Shown in pieces: positions 1 to 10,846 of a DNA stretch of 64,000 nt. The translations under genes and the position numbers were made by a program. Position 1 is the first letter of the stretch. The number at the start of each line of letters is the position of its first letter. The notes under the pieces are model-generated. The model searched no databases and was not told the DNA's origin. It saw only the letters and a list, made by a program, of their open reading frames with translations. Source of the DNA: Alphaproteobacteria bacterium (lineage in GTDB: Bacteria > Pseudomonadota > Alphaproteobacteria > UBA7887); the NCBI GenBank assembly GCA_965216755.1, contig CBDCGL010000011.1, forward strand, positions 2,048,001 through 2,112,000, written 5' to 3'.

Positions 1-123
1 GCCGCGCAGATTGATCTGACACGCCAGTCGCACCTCTCGAACCGAAACCGCCGTCGACGAAGCGCCACTAAACGCCTCGGTGAACGCCGCGAGGCCGCTT
101 CTTGGGTGCGCCCCGCTAGCCAT
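1..123 (-). CDS. soxG: sarcosine oxidase subunit gamma (N-terminal part, runs off window)
   Basis: Manual translation from ATG at 123: MASGAHPRSGLAAFTEAFSGASSTAVSVREVRLACQINLRG; overlaps the soxA stop; the INLRG motif and position after soxA fit SoxG. Confidence 0.8.
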   Translation of the reverse strand, partial: MASGAHPRSGLAAFTEAFSGASSTAVSVREVRLACQINLRG

Positions 124-3121
124 CGCGCCGTACCCCATTACGGTCATAAAAGTTGGGCGTGGTGATCGCGACGGGGTGAGACTTACCCTCAAGCGGCGCA
201 TAGAGGCGCTCGCCGTGCCGGTTACGCCCGTGTTTGACCAGGCCAAGGGCAATCGAACGCCCAAGGGTGGCGCTCCAGTAGCTCGACGTCACATGCCCTT
301 CCATGGCCACCGGCGGCCGTGACACCGGACGGGCGACCAGTTGTGCGCCCTCGGGGAGGACGACACGCGGATCATCGGTCAGGATGCCAACCAGCTGTTT
401 GCGATCCCTGCGCTGATTGTCGGCGCGCAGAAAGGAACGTTTGCCGATGAAGTCACGCTTGTTTTTCGAGACAACCCAAGCCATGCCCAGATCCTGCGGC
501 GAAACGGTCCCATCCGTCTCCTGACCAACGATGATGAAACCCTTTTCCGCACGCAGCACATGCATCGTCTCGGTGCCATATGGCGTTACGTCGACCGCCA
601 CGCCGGCAGCCATTACGGCATCCCACAACGTGGCGCCATGCTGCCACGCAACATTGATCTCGTACGACAACTCACCGGTAAAAGAAATTCGAAAGACCCG
701 TGCCGATAGTCCCGCGACCGTGCCATTGCGGTAGGTCATGAATGGAAAACTTTTGCTATCGAAGTCAATGTCTTCACAGATCTTTTCCATGATGACGCGC
801 GATTTTGGCCCGGCCAACGCCACAGTCGCCCATTCTTCGGTCACTGCGGTGCAATAGACTCGCAATTCCGACCATTCGGTCTGCAAATAGTCCTCCAAGC
901 AATCCAGAACAGCGTCGGCATGGCCGGTCGTTGTTGTGAGCAAAAAGCGATTCGTGGCCAGTCGGGTGGTCGTGCCGTCATCGAACACCATGCCGTCTTC
1001 GCGACACATCAAGCCATAGCGGATCGACCCGACCGCCAGCCCGCTCACATCACTTGTATAGACTCGATCCAAGAACGCGCCGGCATCGGGCCCCTGAACG
1101 TCAATCTTGCCAAGTGTAGAGGCGTCAAGAACACCGCAACCGCTGCGTACAGCCAAACATTCGCGCGAAACAGCGGCGCGCATCTCTTCTCCCAGCCTTG
1201 GGTAGTACCACGGTCGTTTCCACTGGCCGACGTCTTCGAACACAGCGTCATGAGCGGCGTGCCAATCATGTATCGCCGTGATCCGGATTGGGTCGAGCCT
1301 GTCATCCAGCTCGCGCCCGGACATCGCGCCGAATGGAACTGGTGTATAGGGCGGCCGAAATGTGGTGGTACCGGTGGCGTCGATGGTCTGCCCGGTCGCC
1401 ATGGCCAGGTTGGCGATCGCGTTGACATTGCCTGTTTTGCCCTGATCGGTGCCAAATCCGCTCAGCGTATAGCGCTTCATGTGCTCGACGTTTTCAAACC
1501 CTTCGCGAACGGCCAAGAGAATGTCGGCGGCCGTCGTGTCATTTTGAAAGTCGATGAAGTGCTTGTTCAGGTCCCCATGCGCCGCAGGTAAAATCCAGAC
1601 TGCATCACAATGTTCGACCACCGGATCGTCGGACTTGCAGGCCGGGGGGGCGACTTTCGGATCACTAGCACCGACGGCGGTCGCTGCTTTACGGCCGGCT
1701 GCCGCACCATCGCTCAGGCAGCTGTTCAGATCGAAGCGCCCGCCAACGCCACCGGCCCACGATATTGGGCCGCTGACGCGATCGGGAACAAAGCAAGCGC
1801 GCGACGGGTCGAACGCGAGCCGGCCGCGTGCGTGACACAACAAATGGACGACCGGGCTCCAACCGCCCGACATCATCACCAAGTCACAATCGAATTTGCG
1901 CGCCGGGCCGGCGACGGACGCGCCATCTTCGCTTAACGCCCGCACTTCGACGCCGCTGACGTGTCGCGCGCCTCCGACGCCGGTTATGCAACAACCATCG
2001 AGCACACGTAGCTCCAAATTGTCGGCGCGCGCCCGCGCCCAAGCGGCCACATCGCGACGCGTGTCGACGATCGCCGCCACGTCAATTCCCGCCTCTTTGA
2101 GATCAAATGCCGCCTGGTAGGCGCCGTCATTGTTTGTCAATAAAACGGCTTGCCGCCCTGGCGCCACACCATAGCGATTTACGTAGCTCCGCGCTGCGCC
2201 GGCCAGCATAATCCCGGGCCGATCATTGTTGGCGAACACCAACGGTCGTTCATGCGCGCCCGTCGTCAATATCACGTGTTTCGCGCGAATGTGCCAAAGA
2301 CGATAAAGTGTGCTCTCCGGGGTCGACGGTCGTTCAAAATCGTTAGATCGCCGTTCCAAAGCACACAGATAATTATCTTGGTAATAACCGAACACTGTGG
2401 TCCGGGACAGCAGGCGCACATCAGCGTTCGCGCACAACGCCGCGACCTGCTGGTCTACCCAATCCATCGCACCGGCACCATCGATCTGGTTTCGCGTGGA
2501 AAGAAGCGCACCGCCAAACTCGGCTTGCTCATCGGCCAAGATCACCCGCACGCCGGCCGCAGCCGCGGTTGATGCCGCGGCCAGCCCGGCCGGGCCACCG
2601 CCAACCACCAGTACATCGCAATGAACATGGCAGTGATCGTAGAAATCCGGGTCGGCTTTGGTGGGCGCTCGGCCCCAACCGGCCGCCATACGGATCATGG
2701 GTTCAAAGACTTTCATCCAGAGCGTTTGGGACGGCATGAAAGTCTTGTAATAGAAGCCGGCGGAAAGCAGCCCAGACAAACAACCCGCCACGGCCCCAAG
2801 ATCGAAGCGCACCGTCGGCCAGCAATTGACACTTGTGGCGACGAGCCCATCAAACAGCTGAATTTCAGTGGCCTTCAGGTTTGGGATTGTTCGTGCGCCG
2901 ATCCCCAACTGAACGAGTGCGTTGGGTTCCTCGACACCGCTGGCCACGATGCCCCGAGGACGATGGTACTTGATACTTCGGCCCACCAAGTGCCGGTCGT
3001 TGGCGATCAGGGCTGACGCAAGTGTGTCGCCCGCATACCCCGCCAGGCGTTCGCCGTTAAACGTAAACGACAATGGCTTTGCACGATCGATCCGACCGCC
3101 ATCAGGCAAGCGATAGCCCAC
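116..3121 (-). CDS. soxA: sarcosine oxidase subunit alpha
   Basis: 1001 aa; GDTLASAL, YHRPRG, GFYYKTF, GGGPAGL, GTDQGKT, TTFRPPY, and a GcvT-like C-terminus (RISFTGELSYE, LRAEKG). Confidence 0.96.
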   Translation of the reverse strand: MGYRLPDGGRIDRAKPLSFTFNGERLAGYAGDTLASALIANDRHLVGRSIKYHRPRGIVASGVEEPNALVQLGIGARTIPNLKATEIQLFDGLVATSVNCWPTVRFDLGAVAGCLSGLLSAGFYYKTFMPSQTLWMKVFEPMIRMAAGWGRAPTKADPDFYDHCHVHCDVLVVGGGPAGLAAASTAAAAGVRVILADEQAEFGGALLSTRNQIDGAGAMDWVDQQVAALCANADVRLLSRTTVFGYYQDNYLCALERRSNDFERPSTPESTLYRLWHIRAKHVILTTGAHERPLVFANNDRPGIMLAGAARSYVNRYGVAPGRQAVLLTNNDGAYQAAFDLKEAGIDVAAIVDTRRDVAAWARARADNLELRVLDGCCITGVGGARHVSGVEVRALSEDGASVAGPARKFDCDLVMMSGGWSPVVHLLCHARGRLAFDPSRACFVPDRVSGPISWAGGVGGRFDLNSCLSDGAAAGRKAATAVGASDPKVAPPACKSDDPVVEHCDAVWILPAAHGDLNKHFIDFQNDTTAADILLAVREGFENVEHMKRYTLSGFGTDQGKTGNVNAIANLAMATGQTIDATGTTTFRPPYTPVPFGAMSGRELDDRLDPIRITAIHDWHAAHDAVFEDVGQWKRPWYYPRLGEEMRAAVSRECLAVRSGCGVLDASTLGKIDVQGPDAGAFLDRVYTSDVSGLAVGSIRYGLMCREDGMVFDDGTTTRLATNRFLLTTTTGHADAVLDCLEDYLQTEWSELRVYCTAVTEEWATVALAGPKSRVIMEKICEDIDFDSKSFPFMTYRNGTVAGLSARVFRISFTGELSYEINVAWQHGATLWDAVMAAGVAVDVTPYGTETMHVLRAEKGFIIVGQETDGTVSPQDLGMAWVVSKNKRDFIGKRSFLRADNQRRDRKQLVGILTDDPRVVLPEGAQLVARPVSRPPVAMEGHVTSSYWSATLGRSIALGLVKHGRNRHGERLYAPLEGKSHPVAITTPNFYDRNGVRRDG

Positions 3122-3124
3122 GGT

Positions 3125-3421
3125 TCAGGCTCTATCAGGTCGACATGGGACCGGCGGTGCCGTCTCGCCGACCTTGTAAACGACGAGTATTTCATAGGTC
3201 AATGTGTCACGTATTGCGTTGAACCAGCGTCGACAACCGGCCCAATGCATCCACCGCTCGCGATGGACACCTTTCGGACTGCGCCGAAAAAAAAGAAAAT
3301 CAGCCCATTCCTGGTCACTCTTCGCGGCGGGATCCAGAGGTCGGGATATGTGTGCTCCGCCGCCATATCGAAACTCTCGCTCTGGTCGCGAGCCACAGTA
3401 AGGGCATTCAATAAGCAGCAT
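3125..3421 (-). CDS. soxD: sarcosine oxidase subunit delta
   Basis: MLLIECPYCG...EFRYGG...ERWMHWAGCRRWFNAIRDT zinc-binding pattern; start trimmed to ATG 3421. Confidence 0.95.
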   Translation of the reverse strand: MLLIECPYCGSRPEREFRYGGGAHISRPLDPAAKSDQEWADFLFFRRSPKGVHRERWMHWAGCRRWFNAIRDTLTYEILVVYKVGETAPPVPCRPDRA

Positions 3422-3440
3422 GAACCCGGCTCCTGTTCGA

Positions 3441-4691
3441 TCAATGGGCAACTGCGGCTGCGCCATGTTCATCGACCAGCCGGCCGCTCACAAACCGCTC
3501 TAAGCCGAAAGGCGCGCTTAACGGGTGTGGCGTGTCTTGCGCGATCGTGTGCGCGAAACACCAACCAGACCCGGGCGTTGCCTTGAACCCGCCGGTCCCC
3601 CATCCGCCGTTTATGTACAATCCGTCGATCGGCGTTTTCGTGATGATTGGCGACGCGTCCGGACATATATCGACAATGCCGGCCCAGCTGCGCATCATGC
3701 GCAAACGACTGAACGTGGGAAATAACGCGCACAAGGCAGCCATTTGTTCTTCGACTATGTGAAAACTGCCGCGCTGGCCATAGCCGACATAGGCGTCGAT
3801 CCCAGCACCGATGACCAGCTCACCCTTATTCGACTGACTAACATAGACATGCACCGCGTTGGACATGACCACGCAGTTCAGCACAGGCTTTACCGGCTCC
3901 GACACCAAGGCCTGAAGGGGATGGCTCTCTATCGGCAGCCTCAATCCCGCCATCTCGCCCAAGACCGGTGTGTGCCCGGCTGCCACCAAAGCCACTTTCT
4001 TGGCTTTGATCATGCCACGGTTGGTTTGCACGCCGGACACCCGGCCGCGATCGCGCAGTATCCCGGTGACTTCGCACTGCTGGATAATATCGACCCCACG
4101 CGCATCGGCAGCCCGGGCATATCCCCAAGCGACAGCATCGTGGCGGGCCGTCCCGCCTCTACGTTGGAGGGTCGCCCCCATGACCGGATATCGCGGCCGT
4201 TGTGACGTATCGACAATCGGACAGAATTTCCTGACTTGCTCGGCGCTTAGCCATTCTGCGTCGACACCATTCAGCCGATTCGCGTAAACACGGCGTCTGC
4301 CTTCACGAACATCGTGAAGGTTATGCGCCAGGTTCAACACCCCCCTTTGGGAAAACATGACATTGTAGTTCAGGTCCCGGCTCAAACCCTGCCAAAGCTT
4401 GAGCGCATGTTCATAGATTGCCGCACTCTCGTCCCAAAGATAGTTCGATCGCACAATTGTCGTGTTGCGCCCCGTGTTGCCGCCCCCCAACCAGCCTTTC
4501 TCCAACACCGCAACCTTGGTGATGCAATGGTTCTTTGCCAAATAATACGCCGTTGCGAGGCCGTGGCCGCCGCCGCCGACAATGACAACGTCGTATTCCG
4601 CCTTCGGCTGTGGGTCGCGCCATTGCCGCGGCCATTTACGGTGATGGCTCAACGCGTTGCGCGCGAGCGAAAAGATCGAGAAACGTGTCAC
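3441..4691 (-). CDS. soxB: sarcosine oxidase subunit beta
   Basis: [45 protein letters not shown]-terminal AAAVAH. Confidence 0.97.
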   Translation of the reverse strand: MTRFSIFSLARNALSHHRKWPRQWRDPQPKAEYDVVIVGGGGHGLATAYYLAKNHCITKVAVLEKGWLGGGNTGRNTTIVRSNYLWDESAAIYEHALKLWQGLSRDLNYNVMFSQRGVLNLAHNLHDVREGRRRVYANRLNGVDAEWLSAEQVRKFCPIVDTSQRPRYPVMGATLQRRGGTARHDAVAWGYARAADARGVDIIQQCEVTGILRDRGRVSGVQTNRGMIKAKKVALVAAGHTPVLGEMAGLRLPIESHPLQALVSEPVKPVLNCVVMSNAVHVYVSQSNKGELVIGAGIDAYVGYGQRGSFHIVEEQMAALCALFPTFSRLRMMRSWAGIVDICPDASPIITKTPIDGLYINGGWGTGGFKATPGSGWCFAHTIAQDTPHPLSAPFGLERFVSGRLVDEHGAAAVAH

Positions 4692-4892
4692 TGCCGGCTC
4701 TCAGAGTTCCTGATTCACCATCGCGTTCGGGCGCGCCACGCGGCTTCGGTCAATGTCGCGACACGATCGCCATGCAAATGTTAAACAGAGCCCGCAAGTC
4801 TCACCAGTCTGAACGAGTACTAATCAGAGTTGCCACCCGGCGCATCCCAAGAGGCACAACAACGAATTCTAGCGCATGATGTTGATGATGCC

Positions 4893-5681
4893 ATGATGAA
4901 ATTTGCAAGTGCCCTGGGTATCGCGCGATCGCTTTTGATCTATCATGCGATTCCATTTCGTGCGCGCCGAATGGGCCAGCTCTATCGTCAGTTTATGGGG
5001 CCCGGCGATCTTTGCTTCGATATTGGTGCACATAGTGGCAACCGGGTTGGCTGTTGGCGTCGACTTGGTGCGCGTGTTGTCGCGGTTGAGCCGCAGGCCG
5101 CATTTGTTCAGTTGCTGAGATGGCGTCATGGGGCCGATCCGCAGACCATCATTGAAGAGACGGCTGTCGGCCGAACAACGGGCCGCGCCACACTTCTGGT
5201 CAGTGCATTGACACCTACGGTCAGCACATTGTCCGAACAGTGGATCAAGAATGTGAGTCAAGACGCCGGCTTCGCCCATGTGCGTTGGTCCGCCCGCCAC
5301 GACGTTGACGTCACGACTCTAGATAATCTGATCGATCACTATGGTACGCCGGCCTTCGTCAAGATTGATGTCGAAGGCTATGAGGCCGACGTGCTCGCGG
5401 GTCTTTCGTCGCCGATCCCCGCGTTGTCTTTCGAATATGTACCGGCCGCCATCGATGTGGCGCTTACTTGTCTCGATCACTTGTCAGAACTTGGTCCCTA
5501 TCAATTCAACGTGTCCCGTGGTGAGAGCCATCGCCTGGTTTTTAAGACCTGGCTTGAGCCGGACGCGGTTCGCGCTTTTCTTTGTGCGCAGTCGCGGCGA
5601 GACAAATCTGGTGACATCTATGCGCATCGGACAGACGGTCGCCTGGCAACGGGGTTTGATACGTCAACTCGCCTGGAGTGA
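4893..5681 (+). CDS. FkbM family methyltransferase
   Basis: FDIGAHSG SAM motif, VAVEPQ, VKIDVEGYE; start at ATG 4893 or 4896. Confidence 0.88.
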   Translation: MMKFASALGIARSLLIYHAIPFRARRMGQLYRQFMGPGDLCFDIGAHSGNRVGCWRRLGARVVAVEPQAAFVQLLRWRHGADPQTIIEETAVGRTTGRATLLVSALTPTVSTLSEQWIKNVSQDAGFAHVRWSARHDVDVTTLDNLIDHYGTPAFVKIDVEGYEADVLAGLSSPIPALSFEYVPAAIDVALTCLDHLSELGPYQFNVSRGESHRLVFKTWLEPDAVRAFLCAQSRRDKSGDIYAHRTDGRLATGFDTSTRLE

Positions 5682-5952
5682 TCGAAAGATGCACACAGCG
5701 GCACATCGATGCGCGTTTCGGATGTTGGCTGCTGGCATCTCACCCACACATTGTCCGACCAGATTGTCGGCGTATTGAGGCCGAGAACCTCAATCGTCGC
5801 CTACATATTGAGCGACGCCTTTACGCCGTGACGGGCTGGGCTGTGCGCGCGAAAACAGCTCGGCCAGGTCCAAGTGTGGACTTGGAAGATTCGTGCCATG
5901 CCGGGCCACCGGCACAACCGGGGTGGACTGCCCATAAACTTGTAAAAGATCA

Positions 5953-5968
5953 TGGAAAATCCGCTGCA
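5953..5968 (+). promoter_or_regulatory. possible sigma54-type -24/-12 promoter for eboD-E-C
   Basis: TGGAAAATCCGCTGCA has GG-N10-GC spacing about 80 bp upstream of the ATG; the -24 element is imperfect. Confidence 0.25.
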
Positions 5969-6047
5969 CTATCATCCATAATATGTGGACACTTGCCTGG
6001 TCGCGCGGACAAAAGCGGCATGCGGGGAAATTGAGAGGGAGATTGAT

Positions 6048-7256
6048 ATGTCACGTGCGCCCGCACGCTTGTTTCATGCCGCTGCGGATCCGGCTTCAGT
6101 ACATTGGCAACGGTTCTCAGTTCCGTTCGAATATCCCGTTTGTTTCACAGACTCACTGTTTGACCCTGCAAATAGGGTGCTGCGCGATGTCCTCTGTCGT
6201 TTAGAACCGGACAAGCGCCATCGGTGTTTGGTGTTCCTCGACGACGGTCTGTTGCCCGCATGTCCGAATCTTGCAGGCGACATCAAAGGATACGCGCACC
6301 GACATGGGCGATCCATCGACTTGGTGGCGGATCCTATCGTCATCCCCGGGGGCGAGCGGATAAAATCCGAGCTTCATTTCGTTGAGCGCATGCAGCAGAG
6401 TCTGTATGACCATCACATCGACCGCCACTCTTACGTAATTGCGATAGGCGGCGGCGCGGTTCTTGACGCCGTCGGCCTGGTTGCCGCCACCACCCATCGC
6501 GGTGTCCGCCATATCCGCGTGCCAACAACCGTCTTGTCGCAAAATGATTCCGGTGTCGGCGTCAAGAATGGTGTCAACCTTTACGACCAAAAGAACTATG
6601 TCGGCACGTTTGCGCCGCCGTTCGCGGTCCTCAACGACTATGCATTCGTCAAGCAATTGCCGGCCCGCGACAAAGTTGCTGGCATGGCGGAGGCCGTCAA
6701 AGTCGCACTTATCCGAGATGGCAAGTTTTTTCACTGGCTCGAACGTCACGCCGACGACTTGGTGACGTTTGAACGCACCGCCATGGTTGAAATGATCCGC
6801 CGCTGTGCAGAGCTACATATGCATCAAATCGCACACGGCGGCGATCCGTTTGAGCAAGGCAGCGCGCGCCCCCTTGATTACGGCCATTGGTCCGCGCACA
6901 AATTGGAGGGCCTAACCCGATACCATCTTAGACATGGCGAAGCGGTCGCTATCGGACTCGCGCTGGATGCCCGATATTCCGTTGTATCGGGTTTGCTCGC
7001 GTCCGGTGCCGAAGACCGCATATTCTTCTTGCTCGAGCATTTGGGCTTTAAATTGTGGCATCCCGCGATCGAAATGACGAATGTCGATGGCAGGCTCAAG
7101 CTGCTGGATGGTCTCACGGATTTTCGCGAGCATCTCGGTGGCGAGTTGACAATAACCCTCCTGTCCGACATTGGTATCGGTGTCGAAGTTCACGAAATTC
7201 GGGAGGAACTCGTCGCCGAGGCGATCGATTGGCTGAAGGCGCGGGAATATACGTGA
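6048..7256 (+). CDS. eboD: EboD, 3-dehydroquinate synthase-like sugar phosphate cyclase
   Basis: IGGGAVLDAVG, PTTVLSQNDSGVGVKNG, GSARPLDYGHWSAHKLE, LRHGEAV, FREHLGGELT; GAGGGAG RBS before ATG 6048; ebo context. Confidence 0.9.
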   Translation: MSRAPARLFHAAADPASVHWQRFSVPFEYPVCFTDSLFDPANRVLRDVLCRLEPDKRHRCLVFLDDGLLPACPNLAGDIKGYAHRHGRSIDLVADPIVIPGGERIKSELHFVERMQQSLYDHHIDRHSYVIAIGGGAVLDAVGLVAATTHRGVRHIRVPTTVLSQNDSGVGVKNGVNLYDQKNYVGTFAPPFAVLNDYAFVKQLPARDKVAGMAEAVKVALIRDGKFFHWLERHADDLVTFERTAMVEMIRRCAELHMHQIAHGGDPFEQGSARPLDYGHWSAHKLEGLTRYHLRHGEAVAIGLALDARYSVVSGLLASGAEDRIFFLLEHLGFKLWHPAIEMTNVDGRLKLLDGLTDFREHLGGELTITLLSDIGIGVEVHEIREELVAEAIDWLKAREYT

Positions 7257-8449
7257 TGCGGCTCGGCGGCGCGCCAGATCTAGGACACCTGACCTATTGC
7301 ACGAACATCCACGCCGGCGAAGATTGGCAAGAGGTCGATGCGGCCCTGCGTGAACATTTGCCCGAAATCAAAGCGGCGTTTTCACCCGAAAATGCTATGG
7401 GCATTGGATTGCGCCTATCCGCCACGGCCGCGCGCGGCTTAAGCAATCCTGAAACCATGGCCAGATTTCACCAGTTTCTTGCCGACGGCAATTATTACGT
7501 TTTCACATTAAATGGTTTTCCGTACGGCACATTTCATGGCGGTCGGGTAAAGGAAGAAGCTTACCGGCCGGATTGGAGCGAAGCTGACCGACTGACCTAC
7601 ACGAATCAATTGGCTCAGCTCTTGGCTGAGCTTCTGGATGAAAACATGGCCGGCAGCATCAGCACGGTGCCGGGCACGTTTGGACCGTGGGCCGGGGGTC
7701 GCATCGACGCGATTGTCGACAACCTGATCGCGCACGTTGCCTATTTGGTCGAACTTCAGGGACGAACGGGAACCACGATCGAGCTGGCTTTGGAACCAGA
7801 GCCGCGATGCCTGTTGGAAACGATCGCCGAAACGGCGGCATTCTTCGACGAGCGCCTATTTGCGCCGTCGGCCGAGGCCCGGTTGGCTGATTTGACCGGA
7901 TTGACGCGCGGCGAGGCGGCAACTGCGCTGCGCCGACATCTCGGCGTTTGCTATGACGTCTGTCACGCCGCGGTAGAATTCGAAGACCCGCAGGCGAGCA
8001 TCGCGCTATTGCAAAACGCGGGCATTCGCATTGGCAAACTGCAGCTCAGCGCGGCATTGCGGGTCATGGGAATTGACGACAACAAAAAATCACAATTGCA
8101 GCCGTTCGACGAACCGGTTTACTTGCATCAAGTGGTTGCCAATCGCAACGGCCACATGTCTCGCTATCTCGACTTGCCGGAAGCGCTCGCCCAAGGCGTA
8201 ACGGGCGAATCTGTTGAGTGGCGCATTCACTTTCACGTTCCCATTTTTCTGGAACAGATGAAGATGTTTTCGACAACGCAAGATTTCTTGCGGGAAATTC
8301 TGGCGATACACCGCGAAACGCCGATCTCCGAGCATCTTGAAGTTGAAACCTACACCTGGGATGTGTTGCCGGAGCAGTATCGAAATGTGAGCATCGGCGC
8401 CGCCATCGCGCGTGAGCTGAACTGGACGCGAGATCGGCTGGTGTCATGA
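7256..8449 (+). CDS. eboE: EboE, TIM-barrel (xylose isomerase-like) protein
   Basis: HLTYCTNIHAGE, TLNGFPYGTFH, ALEPEP, CYDVCHAAVEFE, WRIHFHVP, EVETYTW; TGATG overlap with eboD. Confidence 0.92.
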   Translation: MRLGGAPDLGHLTYCTNIHAGEDWQEVDAALREHLPEIKAAFSPENAMGIGLRLSATAARGLSNPETMARFHQFLADGNYYVFTLNGFPYGTFHGGRVKEEAYRPDWSEADRLTYTNQLAQLLAELLDENMAGSISTVPGTFGPWAGGRIDAIVDNLIAHVAYLVELQGRTGTTIELALEPEPRCLLETIAETAAFFDERLFAPSAEARLADLTGLTRGEAATALRRHLGVCYDVCHAAVEFEDPQASIALLQNAGIRIGKLQLSAALRVMGIDDNKKSQLQPFDEPVYLHQVVANRNGHMSRYLDLPEALAQGVTGESVEWRIHFHVPIFLEQMKMFSTTQDFLREILAIHRETPISEHLEVETYTWDVLPEQYRNVSIGAAIARELNWTRDRLVS

Positions 8450-9318
8450 GGTGGCGCGTCGCGCTCAAGTTGGGGCGCGTATCCAATTTGCCGACCGTTT
8501 GGACAAATGTGGTGGCGGGCTTGGTCCTCGCCGGCGGTCACGTGCTTGATGCGCGCGGCCTGATGATCATCGTGGCGTTCTCGCTCTTTTATATCGGTGG
8601 CATGTATCTGAACGATGCCTTCGACGCGCACATCGATGCGCGCGAACGTCCGGAACGGCCAATCCCCGCAGGGGATATTGGGCGCGGGACCGTATTTCTT
8701 TCAGGGTTCGCCATGCTGGCGGTGGGGATCGCGATACTGGCTGCGATCGGCCAGATACCGAGCGATGGGACCGGGCTTTGGTCTGCCGTCGCCGGCGCAA
8801 TGCTGGCCGCAACAATCGTTTTATACAACTGGCACCACAAGGAGAACCCACTCAGCCCCGTACTAATGGGTCTGTGCCGGGTGCTCATTTATCTCGGCGC
8901 GGGTCTATGCGTTAGCGTTGCGCTGCCCAATCCGCTGCTTGCAGGCGCCGGTTTGTTGCTTTGCTATCTGATCGGTTTGACCTATGTCGCGAAACAGGAA
9001 AATATCAATGAGATAGGCAACATGTGGCCCCTGGCCTTCTTGGCCGCGCCGGTCTTGTATGGCCTCAACCTCATCGTGACGGTACCACTAACCGCCGTGT
9101 TTTGGGTAGCCCTGTTCGGTTGGATATTGGTCGCCCTTCGGTTCATCATACGCCGTGCCGCCGGAGATATCCCGCGCGCGGTGGTGAGCCTCATCGCCGG
9201 CATCTGTCTTTTGGACGCGATGCTGATAGCCGGCGCTGGCCAATTTCCCTTGGCGTTGCTTGCCGTCGGCGGATTCGCGTTAACCTTGGCCCTGCAACGT
9301 TATGTGCCAGGCACATAG
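8446..9318 (+). CDS. eboC: EboC, UbiA-family prenyltransferase
   Basis: RVSNLPTVW, GGMYLNDAFDAHIDARERPERPIP aspartate-rich motif, MGLCR, multiple TM helices; ATGA overlap. Confidence 0.9.
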   Translation: MRWRVALKLGRVSNLPTVWTNVVAGLVLAGGHVLDARGLMIIVAFSLFYIGGMYLNDAFDAHIDARERPERPIPAGDIGRGTVFLSGFAMLAVGIAILAAIGQIPSDGTGLWSAVAGAMLAATIVLYNWHHKENPLSPVLMGLCRVLIYLGAGLCVSVALPNPLLAGAGLLLCYLIGLTYVAKQENINEIGNMWPLAFLAAPVLYGLNLIVTVPLTAVFWVALFGWILVALRFIIRRAAGDIPRAVVSLIAGICLLDAMLIAGAGQFPLALLAVGGFALTLALQRYVPGT

Positions 9319-9332
9319 ACAGCGAGCGCGCC

Positions 9333-10715
9333 TCAGTTAAAGATGTGGTCGAGAACGAGTTGTTTGAAGTTTGTCGCGTCGACGCTATCGCGGGGCAATA
9401 GATCCGGGCGGGAACTGATAACCAGGGGGCCATGTTGTGCGTCTTCGATGAGGCGACCGTGGGATCCCCTGACAATTTGCGTGTCCTTGAGCGAAATCAC
9501 GTCGAACAGGCCCCGGAAGCCCATTCTTGCCCTCACGAATCGTGTCGCGATTGCCAGTTTCGGCCAGCGGATTTCAGGGTCGATAAACAACTCGACTGGG
9601 TCGTAACCGGGCTTGCGGTGAATATCAACGGTTCGCGCGAAGTCCGGCGCGCGCGCATCATCAAGCCAATAGTAGTAACTGAACCATCGATCCGCATGGG
9701 ATACCGCGACAAGTTCACCGGCGCGCGGATGATCGAGACCGGTGGCACGTTTACCCTCTTCATCCAAAACGGCCTCGACACCGTCGAGCTTCTCAAGCAT
9801 GGCTTTGATTTCTTGGACCCGCCCCTTGTCTTCGGCATAGACATGGGCAACTTGGTGGTCAGCCAAGGCAAAGGCCTGTGAGGCACCGGCATCCAACAGC
9901 TCGCGCCCGTTCTCGACACGCACCTGAATCAGTCCGGCGTCACGCAAAGCGCGGTTGATATGTACGGCATCGGAAACAGCCGTAATTCCGTATTCTGAAA
10001 CGACGATAGTGTCCGCGCCACGGCTTTCCGCCGCGGCAAAAAGCTCGCCGCATACCGCGTCAACTTCGGCCAAATCTTTTTGGATTTGCGGATGGTCCAC
10101 ATCCGGGCCAAGGCGCTGTAGATTGTAGTCCAGATGCGGCAGATAGCAGAGCGTCAATGTCGGTGCGCGCGTGTCCATAACGTGTATCGTTGCGCGCGCA
10201 ATCCATTCGCTCGATGAAATGTCGGTTGCCGGCCCCCAAAATTTGAACAGGGGGAACATGCCGAGCTTGTCGTTCAGTTCGTTGCGCAGATGGGACGGAT
10301 GTGCGTAGTGATCCGGTATCTTGCGGCCGTCCGCCGGGTACATGGGTCGGGGTGTCGCGCTCCAATCCGCGCTTGAGTACATGTTGTACCACCAAAACAT
10401 TTTCGCGCAGGTAAAGCTGGGATCGCGTGCCCGGCCCGCCTCCCAAATTTTTTCGCCGCCGATTAGCCGGTTTGATTGCCGCCACAACAAAACCTCCGAC
10501 TGGTCGCGGAAGTACCAACCGTTCGCGACGGCACCATGGCCGGACGGCGACAGACCGGTTGCAAGCGTCGATTGCACTGTACAGGTGACCGCCGGAAAAG
10601 CAGTGTTGAGGGGGCGCCATGCCCCGCGTTGCGACAGGCGATGCAGATGCGGCGTATGTTGGTTAATGAGCGCCGGCGTCAGGCCAACGACCAAGCAAAC
10701 GAGTGTCGGTTTCAT
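9333..10715 (-). CDS. eboF: EboF, alkaline phosphatase superfamily nucleotide pyrophosphatase/phosphodiesterase
   Basis: PAVTCTVQST, ANGWYFRD, YLPHLDY, VSEYG, DHQVAHVY, VDIHRKPGYDPVELF, GSHG. Confidence 0.9.
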   Translation of the reverse strand: MKPTLVCLVVGLTPALINQHTPHLHRLSQRGAWRPLNTAFPAVTCTVQSTLATGLSPSGHGAVANGWYFRDQSEVLLWRQSNRLIGGEKIWEAGRARDPSFTCAKMFWWYNMYSSADWSATPRPMYPADGRKIPDHYAHPSHLRNELNDKLGMFPLFKFWGPATDISSSEWIARATIHVMDTRAPTLTLCYLPHLDYNLQRLGPDVDHPQIQKDLAEVDAVCGELFAAAESRGADTIVVSEYGITAVSDAVHINRALRDAGLIQVRVENGRELLDAGASQAFALADHQVAHVYAEDKGRVQEIKAMLEKLDGVEAVLDEEGKRATGLDHPRAGELVAVSHADRWFSYYYWLDDARAPDFARTVDIHRKPGYDPVELFIDPEIRWPKLAIATRFVRARMGFRGLFDVISLKDTQIVRGSHGRLIEDAQHGPLVISSRPDLLPRDSVDATNFKQLVLDHIFN

Positions 10716-10745
10716 TCGGCAGCTCTACCAGGTCGGCCCCAGCAA

Positions 10746-10762
10746 TAGCAAATGGTTTGCCC
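10746..10762 (-). promoter_or_regulatory. possible sigma54-type -24/-12 promoter for eboF
   Basis: Minus strand GGGCAAACCATTTGCTA: GG-N10-GC with TTGC, about 30 bp upstream of the eboF ATG. Confidence 0.35.
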
Positions 10763-10846
10763 TTCCCAAGTTTTGCACTCGTCGTGTAAACTAATGTGGC
10801 ATTAAAGATACGGCCAAGCTCGGTAAATCCGGATGATGAGGTGGCC

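Noticed and set aside
5883-5899. Minus strand TGGCACGAATCTTCC sigma54-like motif
   Set aside because: Lacks the -12 GC and points antisense into the FkbM gene
5678-6034. 118-aa ORF between FkbM and eboD
   Set aside because: No recognisable motif or RBS; more likely promoter region
6048-7256. Housekeeping aroB call
   Set aside because: The GSARPLDYGHWSAHKLE and FREHLGG motifs and the ebo neighbours indicate EboD; no aroK nearby
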